Shown here: positions 12,001 through 24,000 of the stretch, piece by piece
How the letters are laid out: the number at the start of each line of letters is the position of its first letter
How positions within the stretch are numbered: position 1 is the stretch's first letter
Assembly (NCBI GenBank): GCA_000004985.1
Contig: GG738894.1
Direction: 5' to 3' (one strand)
DNA: 64,000 bases
Source of the DNA: Naegleria gruberi
Taxonomy: Eukaryota
Made by a program: the position numbers and the translations under genes
The notes under the pieces: generated by a model
The model's database searches: none
Seen by the model: the letters and a program-made list of their open reading frames with translations, nothing else
Told to the model about the DNA's origin: nothing

Positions 12001-15000
12001 NNNNNNNNNNNNNNNNNNNNNNNNNNNNNNNNNNNNNNNNNNNNNNNNNNNNNNNNNNNNNNNNNNNNNNNNNNNNNNNNNNNNNNNNNNNNNNNNNNNN
12101 NNNNNNNNNNNNNNNNNNNNNNNNNNNNNNNNNNNNNNNNNNNNNNNNNNNNNNNNNNNNNNNNNNNNNNNNNNNNNNNNNNNNNNNNNNNNNNNNNNNN
12201 NNNNNNNNNNNNNNNNNNNNNNNNNNNNNNNNNNNNNNNNNNNNNNNNNNNNNNNNNNNNNNNNNNNNNNNNNNNNNNNNNNNNNNNNNNNNNNNNNNNN
12301 NNNNNNNNNNNNNNNNNNNNNNNNNNNNNNNNNNNNNNNNNNNNNNNNNNNNNNNNNNNNNNNNNNNNNNNNNNNNNNNNNNNNNNNNNNNNNNNNNNNN
12401 NNNNNNNNNNNNNNNNNNNNNNNNNNNNNNNNNNNNNNNNNNNNNNNNNNNNNNNNNNNNNNNNNNNNNNNNNNNNNNNNNNNNNNNNNNNNNNNNNNNN
12501 NNNNNNNNNNNNNNNNNNNNNNNNNNNNNNNNNNNNNNNNNNNNNNNNNNNNNNNNNNNNNNNNNNNNNNNNNNNNNNNNNNNNNNNNNNNNNNNNNNNN
12601 NNNNNNNNNNNNNNNNNNNNNNNNNNNNNNNNNNNNNNNNNNNNNNNNNNNNNNNNNNNNNNNNNNNNNNNNNNNNNNNNNNNNNNNNNNNNNNNNNNNN
12701 NNNNNNNNNNNNNNNNNNNNNNNNNNNNNNNNNNNNNNNNNNNNNNNNNNNNNNNNNNNNNNNNNNNNNNNNNNNNNNNNNNNNNNNNNNNNNNNNNNNN
12801 NNNNNNNNNNNNNNNNNNNNNNNNNNNNNNNNNNNNNNNNNNNNNNNNNNNNNNNNNNNNNNNNNNNNNNNNNNNNNNNNNNNNNNNNNNNNNNNNNNNN
12901 NNNNNNNNNNNNNNNNNNNNNNNNNNNNNNNNNNNNNNNNNNNNNNNNNNNNNNNNNNNNNNNNNNNNNNNNNNNNNNNNNNNNNNNNNNNNNNNNNNNN
13001 NNNNNNNNNNNNNNNNNNNNNNNNNNNNNNNNNNNNNNNNNNNNNNNNNNNNNNNNNNNNNNNNNNNNNNNNNNNNNNNNNNNNNNNNNNNNNNNNNNNN
13101 NNNNNNNNNNNNNNNNNNNNNNNNNNNNNNNNNNNNNNNNNNNNNNNNNNNNNNNNNNNNNNNNNNNNNNNNNNNNNNNNNNNNNNNNNNNNNNNNNNNN
13201 NNNNNNNNNNNNNNNNNNNNNNNNNNNNNNNNNNNNNNNNNNNNNNNNNNNNNNNNNNNNNNNNNNNNNNNNNNNNNNNNNNNNNNNNNNNNNNNNNNNN
13301 NNNNNNNNNNNNNNNNNNNNNNNNNNNNNNNNNNNNNNNNNNNNNNNNNNNNNNNNNNNNNNNNNNNNNNNNNNNNNNNNNNNNNNNNNNNNNNNNNNNN
13401 NNNNNNNNNNNNNNNNNNNNNNNNNNNNNNNNNNNNNNNNNNNNNNNNNNNNNNNNNNNNNNNNNNNNNNNNNNNNNNNNNNNNNNNNNNNNNNNNNNNN
13501 NNNNNNNNNNNNNNNNNNNNNNNNNNNNNNNNNNNNNNNNNNNNNNNNNNNNNNNNNNNNNNNNNNNNNNNNNNNNNNNNNNNNNNNNNNNNNNNNNNNN
13601 NNNNNNNNNNNNNNNNNNNNNNNNNNNNNNNNNNNNNNNNNNNNNNNNNNNNNNNNNNNNNNNNNNNNNNNNNNNNNNNNNNNNNNNNNNNNNNNNNNNN
13701 NNNNNNNNNNNNNNNNNNNNNNNNNNNNNNNNNNNNNNNNNNNNNNNNNNNNNNNNNNNNNNNNNNNNNNNNNNNNNNNNNNNNNNNNNNNNNNNNNNNN
13801 NNNNNNNNNNNNNNNNNNNNNNNNNNNNNNNNNNNNNNNNNNNNNNNNNNNNNNNNNNNNNNNNNNNNNNNNNNNNNNNNNNNNNNNNNNNNNNNNNNNN
13901 NNNNNNNNNNNNNNNNNNNNNNNNNNNNNNNNNNNNNNNNNNNNNNNNNNNNNNNNNNNNNNNNNNNNNNNNNNNNNNNNNNNNNNNNNNNNNNNNNNNN
14001 NNNNNNNNNNNNNNNNNNNNNNNNNNNNNNNNNNNNNNNNNNNNNNNNNNNNNNNNNNNNNNNNNNNNNNNNNNNNNNNNNNNNNNNNNNNNNNNNNNNN
14101 NNNNNNNNNNNNNNNNNNNNNNNNNNNNNNNNNNNNNNNNNNNNNNNNNNNNNNNNNNNNNNNNNNNNNNNNNNNNNNNNNNNNNNNNNNNNNNNNNNNN
14201 NNNNNNNNNNNNNNNNNNNNNNNNNNNNNNNNNNNNNNNNNNNNNNNNNNNNNNNNNNNNNNNNNNNNNNNNNNNNNNNNNNNNNNNNNNNNNNNNNNNN
14301 NNNNNNNNNNNNNNNNNNNNNNNNNNNNNNNNNNNNNNNNNNNNNNNNNNNNNNNNNNNNNNNNNNNNNNNNNNNNNNNNNNNNNNNNNNNNNNNNNNNN
14401 NNNNNNNNNNNNNNNNNNNNNNNNNNNNNNNNNNNNNNNNNNNNNNNNNNNNNNNNNNNNNNNNNNNNNNNNNNNNNNNNNNNNNNNNNNNNNNNNNNNN
14501 NNNNNNNNNNNNNNNNNNNNNNNNNNNNNNNNNNNNNNNNNNNNNNNNNNNNNNNNNNNNNNNNNNNNNNNNNNNNNNNNNNNNNNNNNNNNNNNNNNNN
14601 NNNNNNNNNNNNNNNNNNNNNNNNNNNNNNNNNNNNNNNNNNNNNNNNNNNNNNNNNNNNNNNNNNNNNNNNNNNNNNNNNNNNNNNNNNNNNNNNNNNN
14701 NNNNNNNNNNNNNNNNNNNNNNNNNNNNNNNNNNNNNNNNNNNNNNNNNNNNNNNNNNNNNNNNNNNNNNNNNNNNNNNNNNNNNNNNNNNNNNNNNNNN
14801 NNNNNNNNNNNNNNNNNNNNNNNNNNNNNNNNNNNNNNNNNNNNNNNNNNNNNNNNNNNNNNNNNNNNNNNNNNNNNNNNNNNNNNNNNNNNNNNNNNNN
14901 NNNNNNNNNNNNNNNNNNNNNNNNNNNNNNNNNNNNNNNNNNNNNNNNNNNNNNNNNNNNNNNNNNNNNNNNNNNNNNNNNNNNNNNNNNNNNNNNNNNN

Positions 15001-18000
15001 NNNNNNNNNNNNNNNNNNNNNNNNNNNNNNNNNNNNNNNNNNNNNNNNNNNNNNNNNNNNNNNNNNNNNNNNNNNNNNNNNNNNNNNNNNNNNNNNNNNN
15101 NNNNNNNNNNNNNNNNNNNNNNNNNNNNNNNNNNNNNNNNNNNNNNNNNNNNNNNNNNNNNNNNNNNNNNNNNNNNNNNNNNNNNNNNNNNNNNNNNNNN
15201 NNNNNNNNNNNNNNNNNNNNNNNNNNNNNNNNNNNNNNNNNNNNNNNNNNNNNNNNNNNNNNNNNNNNNNNNNNNNNNNNNNNNNNNNNNNNNNNNNNNN
15301 NNNNNNNNNNNNNNNNNNNNNNNNNNNNNNNNNNNNNNNNNNNNNNNNNNNNNNNNNNNNNNNNNNNNNNNNNNNNNNNNNNNNNNNNNNNNNNNNNNNN
15401 NNNNNNNNNNNNNNNNNNNNNNNNNNNNNNNNNNNNNNNNNNNNNNNNNNNNNNNNNNNNNNNNNNNNNNNNNNNNNNNNNNNNNNNNNNNNNNNNNNNN
15501 NNNNNNNNNNNNNNNNNNNNNNNNNNNNNNNNNNNNNNNNNNNNNNNNNNNNNNNNNNNNNNNNNNNNNNNNNNNNNNNNNNNNNNNNNNNNNNNNNNNN
15601 NNNNNNNNNNNNNNNNNNNNNNNNNNNNNNNNNNNNNNNNNNNNNNNNNNNNNNNNNNNNNNNNNNNNNNNNNNNNNNNNNNNNNNNNNNNNNNNNNNNN
15701 NNNNNNNNNNNNNNNNNNNNNNNNNNNNNNNNNNNNNNNNNNNNNNNNNNNNNNNNNNNNNNNNNNNNNNNNNNNNNNNNNNNNNNNNNNNNNNNNNNNN
15801 NNNNNNNNNNNNNNNNNNNNNNNNNNNNNNNNNNNNNNNNNNNNNNNNNNNNNNNNNNNNNNNNNNNNNNNNNNNNNNNNNNNNNNNNNNNNNNNNNNNN
15901 NNNNNNNNNNNNNNNNNNNNNNNNNNNNNNNNNNNNNNNNNNNNNNNNNNNNNNNNNNNNNNNNNNNNNNNNNNNNNNNNNNNNNNNNNNNNNNNNNNNN
16001 NNNNNNNNNNNNNNNNNNNNNNNNNNNNNNNNNNNNNNNNNNNNNNNNNNNNNNNNNNNNNNNNNNNNNNNNNNNNNNNNNNNNNNNNNNNNNNNNNNNN
16101 NNNNNNNNNNNNNNNNNNNNNNNNNNNNNNNNNNNNNNNNNNNNNNNNNNNNNNNNNNNNNNNNNNNNNNNNNNNNNNNNNNNNNNNNNNNNNNNNNNNN
16201 NNNNNNNNNNNNNNNNNNNNNNNNNNNNNNNNNNNNNNNNNNNNNNNNNNNNNNNNNNNNNNNNNNNNNNNNNNNNNNNNNNNNNNNNNNNNNNNNNNNN
16301 NNNNNNNNNNNNNNNNNNNNNNNNNNNNNNNNNNNNNNNNNNNNNNNNNNNNNNNNNNNNNNNNNNNNNNNNNNNNNNNNNNNNNNNNNNNNNNNNNNNN
16401 NNNNNNNNNNNNNNNNNNNNNNNNNNNNNNNNNNNNNNNNNNNNNNNNNNNNNNNNNNNNNNNNNNNNNNNNNNNNNNNNNNNNNNNNNNNNNNNNNNNN
16501 NNNNNNNNNNNNNNNNNNNNNNNNNNNNNNNNNNNNNNNNNNNNNNNNNNNNNNNNNNNNNNNNNNNNNNNNNNNNNNNNNNNNNNNNNNNNNNNNNNNN
16601 NNNNNNNNNNNNNNNNNNNNNNNNNNNNNNNNNNNNNNNNNNNNNNNNNNNNNNNNNNNNNNNNNNNNNNNNNNNNNNNNNNNNNNNNNNNNNNNNNNNN
16701 NNNNNNNNNNNNNNNNNNNNNNNNNNNNNNNNNNNNNNNNNNNNNNNNNNNNNNNNNNNNNNNNNNNNNNNNNNNNNNNNNNNNNNNNNNNNNNNNNNNN
16801 NNNNNNNNNNNNNNNNNNNNNNNNNNNNNNNNNNNNNNNNNNNNNNNNNNNNNNNNNNNNNNNNNNNNNNNNNNNNNNNNNNNNNNNNNNNNNNNNNNNN
16901 NNNNNNNNNNNNNNNNNNNNNNNNNNNNNNNNNNNNNNNNNNNNNNNNNNNNNNNNNNNNNNNNNNNNNNNNNNNNNNNNNNNNNNNNNNNNNNNNNNNN
17001 NNNNNNNNNNNNNNNNNNNNNNNNNNNNNNNNNNNNNNNNNNNNNNNNNNNNNNNNNNNNNNNNNNNNNNNNNNNNNNNNNNNNNNNNNNNNNNNNNNNN
17101 NNNNNNNNNNNNNNNNNNNNNNNNNNNNNNNNNNNNNNNNNNNNNNNNNNNNNNNNNNNNNNNNNNNNNNNNNNNNNNNNNNNNNNNNNNNNNNNNNNNN
17201 NNNNNNNNNNNNNNNNNNNNNNNNNNNNNNNNNNNNNNNNNNNNNNNNNNNNNNNNNNNNNNNNNNNNNNNNNNNNNNNNNNNNNNNNNNNNNNNNNNNN
17301 NNNNNNNNNNNNNNNNNNNNNNNNNNNNNNNNNNNNNNNNNNNNNNNNNNNNNNNNNNNNNNNNNNNNNNNNNNNNNNNNNNNNNNNNNNNNNNNNNNNN
17401 NNNNNNNNNNNNNNNNNNNNNNNNNNNNNNNNNNNNNNNNNNNNNNNNNNNNNNNNNNNNNNNNNNNNNNNNNNNNNNNNNNNNNNNNNNNNNNNNNNNN
17501 NNNNNNNNNNNNNNNNNNNNNNNNNNNNNNNNNNNNNNNNNNNNNNNNNNNNNNNNNNNNNNNNNNNNNNNNNNNNNNNNNNNNNNNNNNNNNNNNNNNN
17601 NNNNNNNNNNNNNNNNNNNNNNNNNNNNNNNNNNNNNNNNNNNNNNNNNNNNNNNNNNNNNNNNNNNNNNNNNNNNNNNNNNNNNNNNNNNNNNNNNNNN
17701 NNNNNNNNNNNNNNNNNNNNNNNNNNNNNNNNNNNNNNNNNNNNNNNNNNNNNNNNNNNNNNNNNNNNNNNNNNNNNNNNNNNNNNNNNNNNNNNNNNNN
17801 NNNNNNNNNNNNNNNNNNNNNNNNNNNNNNNNNNNNNNNNNNNNNNNNNNNNNNNNNNNNNNNNNNNNNNNNNNNNNNNNNNNNNNNNNNNNNNNNNNNN
17901 NNNNNNNNNNNNNNNNNNNNNNNNNNNNNNNNNNNNNNNNNNNNNNNNNNNNNNNNNNNNNNNNNNNNNNNNNNNNNNNNNNNNNNNNNNNNNNNNNNNN

Positions 18001-21000
18001 NNNNNNNNNNNNNNNNNNNNNNNNNNNNNNNNNNNNNNNNNNNNNNNNNNNNNNNNNNNNNNNNNNNNNNNNNNNNNNNNNNNNNNNNNNNNNNNNNNNN
18101 NNNNNNNNNNNNNNNNNNNNNNNNNNNNNNNNNNNNNNNNNNNNNNNNNNNNNNNNNNNNNNNNNNNNNNNNNNNNNNNNNNNNNNNNNNNNNNNNNNNN
18201 NNNNNNNNNNNNNNNNNNNNNNNNNNNNNNNNNNNNNNNNNNNNNNNNNNNNNNNNNNNNNNNNNNNNNNNNNNNNNNNNNNNNNNNNNNNNNNNNNNNN
18301 NNNNNNNNNNNNNNNNNNNNNNNNNNNNNNNNNNNNNNNNNNNNNNNNNNNNNNNNNNNNNNNNNNNNNNNNNNNNNNNNNNNNNNNNNNNNNNNNNNNN
18401 NNNNNNNNNNNNNNNNNNNNNNNNNNNNNNNNNNNNNNNNNNNNNNNNNNNNNNNNNNNNNNNNNNNNNNNNNNNNNNNNNNNNNNNNNNNNNNNNNNNN
18501 NNNNNNNNNNNNNNNNNNNNNNNNNNNNNNNNNNNNNNNNNNNNNNNNNNNNNNNNNNNNNNNNNNNNNNNNNNNNNNNNNNNNNNNNNNNNNNNNNNNN
18601 NNNNNNNNNNNNNNNNNNNNNNNNNNNNNNNNNNNNNNNNNNNNNNNNNNNNNNNNNNNNNNNNNNNNNNNNNNNNNNNNNNNNNNNNNNNNNNNNNNNN
18701 NNNNNNNNNNNNNNNNNNNNNNNNNNNNNNNNNNNNNNNNNNNNNNNNNNNNNNNNNNNNNNNNNNNNNNNNNNNNNNNNNNNNNNNNNNNNNNNNNNNN
18801 NNNNNNNNNNNNNNNNNNNNNNNNNNNNNNNNNNNNNNNNNNNNNNNNNNNNNNNNNNNNNNNNNNNNNNNNNNNNNNNNNNNNNNNNNNNNNNNNNNNN
18901 NNNNNNNNNNNNNNNNNNNNNNNNNNNNNNNNNNNNNNNNNNNNNNNNNNNNNNNNNNNNNNNNNNNNNNNNNNNNNNNNNNNNNNNNNNNNNNNNNNNN
19001 NNNNNNNNNNNNNNNNNNNNNNNNNNNNNNNNNNNNNNNNNNNNNNNNNNNNNNNNNNNNNNNNNNNNNNNNNNNNNNNNNNNNNNNNNNNNNNNNNNNN
19101 NNNNNNNNNNNNNNNNNNNNNNNNNNNNNNNNNNNNNNNNNNNNNNNNNNNNNNNNNNNNNNNNNNNNNNNNNNNNNNNNNNNNNNNNNNNNNNNNNNNN
19201 NNNNNNNNNNNNNNNNNNNNNNNNNNNNNNNNNNNNNNNNNNNNNNNNNNNNNNNNNNNNNNNNNNNNNNNNNNNNNNNNNNNNNNNNNNNNNNNNNNNN
19301 NNNNNNNNNNNNNNNNNNNNNNNNNNNNNNNNNNNNNNNNNNNNNNNNNNNNNNNNNNNNNNNNNNNNNNNNNNNNNNNNNNNNNNNNNNNNNNNNNNNN
19401 NNNNNNNNNNNNNNNNNNNNNNNNNNNNNNNNNNNNNNNNNNNNNNNNNNNNNNNNNNNNNNNNNNNNNNNNNNNNNNNNNNNNNNNNNNNNNNNNNNNN
19501 NNNNNNNNNNNNNNNNNNNNNNNNNNNNNNNNNNNNNNNNNNNNNNNNNNNNNNNNNNNNNNNNNNNNNNNNNNNNNNNNNNNNNNNNNNNNNNNNNNNN
19601 NNNNNNNNNNNNNNNNNNNNNNNNNNNNNNNNNNNNNNNNNNNNNNNNNNNNNNNNNNNNNNNNNNNNNNNNNNNNNNNNNNNNNNNNNNNNNNNNNNNN
19701 NNNNNNNNNNNNNNNNNNNNNNNNNNNNNNNNNNNNNNNNNNNNNNNNNNNNNNNNNNNNNNNNNNNNNNNNNNNNNNNNNNNNNNNNNNNNNNNNNNNN
19801 NNNNNNNNNNNNNNNNNNNNNNNNNNNNNNNNNNNNNNNNNNNNNNNNNNNNNNNNNNNNNNNNNNNNNNNNNNNNNNNNNNNNNNNNNNNNNNNNNNNN
19901 NNNNNNNNNNNNNNNNNNNNNNNNNNNNNNNNNNNNNNNNNNNNNNNNNNNNNNNNNNNNNNNNNNNNNNNNNNNNNNNNNNNNNNNNNNNNNNNNNNNN
20001 NNNNNNNNNNNNNNNNNNNNNNNNNNNNNNNNNNNNNNNNNNNNNNNNNNNNNNNNNNNNNNNNNNNNNNNNNNNNNNNNNNNNNNNNNNNNNNNNNNNN
20101 NNNNNNNNNNNNNNNNNNNNNNNNNNNNNNNNNNNNNNNNNNNNNNNNNNNNNNNNNNNNNNNNNNNNNNNNNNNNNNNNNNNNNNNNNNNNNNNNNNNN
20201 NNNNNNNNNNNNNNNNNNNNNNNNNNNNNNNNNNNNNNNNNNNNNNNNNNNNNNNNNNNNNNNNNNNNNNNNNNNNNNNNNNNNNNNNNNNNNNNNNNNN
20301 NNNNNNNNNNNNNNNNNNNNNNNNNNNNNNNNNNNNNNNNNNNNNNNNNNNNNNNNNNNNNNNNNNNNNNNNNNNNNNNNNNNNNNNNNNNNNNNNNNNN
20401 NNNNNNNNNNNNNNNNNNNNNNNNNNNNNNNNNNNNNNNNNNNNNNNNNNNNNNNNNNNNNNNNNNNNNNNNNNNNNNNNNNNNNNNNNNNNNNNNNNNN
20501 NNNNNNNNNNNNNNNNNNNNNNNNNNNNNNNNNNNNNNNNNNNNNNNNNNNNNNNNNNNNNNNNNNNNNNNNNNNNNNNNNNNNNNNNNNNNNNNNNNNN
20601 NNNNNNNNNNNNNNNNNNNNNNNNNNNNNNNNNNNNNNNNNNNNNNNNNNNNNNNNNNNNNNNNNNNNNNNNNNNNNNNNNNNNNNNNNNNNNNNNNNNN
20701 NNNNNNNNNNNNNNNNNNNNNNNNNNNNNNNNNNNNNNNNNNNNNNNNNNNNNNNNNNNNNNNNNNNNNNNNNNNNNNNNNNNNNNNNNNNNNNNNNNNN
20801 NNNNNNNNNNNNNNNNNNNNNNNNNNNNNNNNNNNNNNNNNNNNNNNNNNNNNNNNNNNNNNNNNNNNNNNNNNNNNNNNNNNNNNNNNNNNNNNNNNNN
20901 NNNNNNNNNNNNNNNNNNNNNNNNNNNNNNNNNNNNNNNNNNNNNNNNNNNNNNNNNNNNNNNNNNNNNNNNNNNNNNNNNNNNNNNNNNNNNNNNNNNN

Positions 21001-24000
21001 NNNNNNNNNNNNNNNNNNNNNNNNNNNNNNNNNNNNNNNNNNNNNNNNNNNNNNNNNNNNNNNNNNNNNNNNNNNNNNNNNNNNNNNNNNNNNNNNNNNN
21101 NNNNNNNNNNNNNNNNNNNNNNNNNNNNNNNNNNNNNNNNNNNNNNNNNNNNNNNNNNNNNNNNNNNNNNNNNNNNNNNNNNNNNNNNNNNNNNNNNNNN
21201 NNNNNNNNNNNNNNNNNNNNNNNNNNNNNNNNNNNNNNNNNNNNNNNNNNNNNNNNNNNNNNNNNNNNNNNNNNNNNNNNNNNNNNNNNNNNNNNNNNNN
21301 NNNNNNNNNNNNNNNNNNNNNNNNNNNNNNNNNNNNNNNNNNNNNNNNNNNNNNNNNNNNNNNNNNNNNNNNNNNNNNNNNNNNNNNNNNNNNNNNNNNN
21401 NNNNNNNNNNNNNNNNNNNNNNNNNNNNNNNNNNNNNNNNNNNNNNNNNNNNNNNNNNNNNNNNNNNNNNNNNNNNNNNNNNNNNNNNNNNNNNNNNNNN
21501 NNNNNNNNNNNNNNNNNNNNNNNNNNNNNNNNNNNNNNNNNNNNNNNNNNNNNNNNNNNNNNNNNNNNNNNNNNNNNNNNNNNNNNNNNNNNNNNNNNNN
21601 NNNNNNNNNNNNNNNNNNNNNNNNNNNNNNNNNNNNNNNNNNNNNNNNNNNNNNNNNNNNNNNNNNNNNNNNNNNNNNNNNNNNNNNNNNNNNNNNNNNN
21701 NNNNNNNNNNNNNNNNNNNNNNNNNNNNNNNNNNNNNNNNNNNNNNNNNNNNNNNNNNNNNNNNNNNNNNNNNNNNNNNNNNNNNNNNNNNNNNNNNNNN
21801 NNNNNNNNNNNNNNNNNNNNNNNNNNNNNNNNNNNNNNNNNNNNNNNNNNNNNNNNNNNNNNNNNNNNNNNNNNNNNNNNNNNNNNNNNNNNNNNNNNNN
21901 NNNNNNNNNNNNNNNNNNNNNNNNNNNNNNNNNNNNNNNNNNNNNNNNNNNNNNNNNNNNNNNNNNNNNNNNNNNNNNNNNNNNNNNNNNNNNNNNNNNN
22001 NNNNNNNNNNNNNNNNNNNNNNNNNNNNNNNNNNNNNNNNNNNNNNNNNNNNNNNNNNNNNNNNNNNNNNNNNNNNNNNNNNNNNNNNNNNNNNNNNNNN
22101 NNNNNNNNNNNNNNNNNNNNNNNNNNNNNNNNNNNNNNNNNNNNNNNNNNNNNNNNNNNNNNNNNNNNNNNNNNNNNNNNNNNNNNNNNNNNNNNNNNNN
22201 NNNNNNNNNNNNNNNNNNNNNNNNNNNNNNNNNNNNNNNNNNNNNNNNNNNNNNNNNNNNNNNNNNNNNNNNNNNNNNNNNNNNNNNNNNNNNNNNNNNN
22301 NNNNNNNNNNNNNNNNNNNNNNNNNNNNNNNNNNNNNNNNNNNNNNNNNNNNNNNNNNNNNNNNNNNNNNNNNNNNNNNNNNNNNNNNNNNNNNNNNNNN
22401 NNNNNNNNNNNNNNNNNNNNNNNNNNNNNNNNNNNNNNNNNNNNNNNNNNNNNNNNNNNNNNNNNNNNNNNNNNNNNNNNNNNNNNNNNNNNNNNNNNNN
22501 NNNNNNNNNNNNNNNNNNNNNNNNNNNNNNNNNNNNNNNNNNNNNNNNNNNNNNNNNNNNNNNNNNNNNNNNNNNNNNNNNNNNNNNNNNNNNNNNNNNN
22601 NNNNNNNNNNNNNNNNNNNNNNNNNNNNNNNNNNNNNNNNNNNNNNNNNNNNNNNNNNNNNNNNNNNNNNNNNNNNNNNNNNNNNNNNNNNNNNNNNNNN
22701 NNNNNNNNNNNNNNNNNNNNNNNNNNNNNNNNNNNNNNNNNNNNNNNNNNNNNNNNNNNNNNNNNNNNNNNNNNNNNNNNNNNNNNNNNNNNNNNNNNNN
22801 NNNNNNNNNNNNNNNNNNNNNNNNNNNNNNNNNNNNNNNNNNNNNNNNNNNNNNNNNNNNNNNNNNNNNNNNNNNNNNNNNNNNNNNNNNNNNNNNNNNN
22901 NNNNNNNNNNNNNNNNNNNNNNNNNNNNNNNNNNNNNNNNNNNNNNNNNNNNNNNNNNNNNNNNNNNNNNNNNNNNNNNNNNNNNNNNNNNNNNNNNNNN
23001 NNNNNNNNNNNNNNNNNNNNNNNNNNNNNNNNNNNNNNNNNNNNNNNNNNNNNNNNNNNNNNNNNNNNNNNNNNNNNNNNNNNNNNNNNNNNNNNNNNNN
23101 NNNNNNNNNNNNNNNNNNNNNNNNNNNNNNNNNNNNNNNNNNNNNNNNNNNNNNNNNNNNNNNNNNNNNNNNNNNNNNNNNNNNNNNNNNNNNNNNNNNN
23201 NNNNNNNNNNNNNNNNNNNNNNNNNNNNNNNNNNNNNNNNNNNNNNNNNNNNNNNNNNNNNNNNNNNNNNNNNNNNNNNNNNNNNNNNNNNNNNNNNNNN
23301 NNNNNNNNNNNNNNNNNNNNNNNNNNNNNNNNNNNNNNNNNNNNNNNNNNNNNNNNNNNNNNNNNNNNNNNNNNNNNNNNNNNNNNNNNNNNNNNNNNNN
23401 NNNNNNNNNNNNNNNNNNNNNNNNNNNNNNNNNNNNNNNNNNNNNNNNNNNNNNNNNNNNNNNNNNNNNNNNNNNNNNNNNNNNNNNNNNNNNNNNNNNN
23501 NNNNNNNNNNNNNNNNNNNNNNNNNNNNNNNNNNNNNNNNNNNNNNNNNNNNNNNNNNNNNNNNNNNNNNNNNNNNNNNNNNNNNNNNNNNNNNNNNNNN
23601 NNNNNNNNNNNNNNNNNNNNNNNNNNNNNNNNNNNNNNNNNNNNNNNNNNNNNNNNNNNNNNNNNNNNNNNNNNNNNNNNNNNNNNNNNNNNNNNNNNNN
23701 NNNNNNNNNNNNNNNNNNNNNNNNNNNNNNNNNNNNNNNNNNNNNNNNNNNNNNNNNNNNNNNNNNNNNNNNNNNNNNNNNNNNNNNNNNNNNNNNNNNN
23801 NNNNNNNNNNNNNNNNNNNNNNNNNNNNNNNNNNNNNNNNNNNNNNNNNNNNNNNNNNNNNNNNNNNNNNNNNNNNNNNNNNNNNNNNNNNNNNNNNNNN
23901 NNNNNNNNNNNNNNNNNNNNNNNNNNNNNNNNNNNNNNNNNNNNNNNNNNNNNNNNNNNNNNNNNNNNNNNNNNNNNNNNNNNNNNNNNNNNNNNNNNNN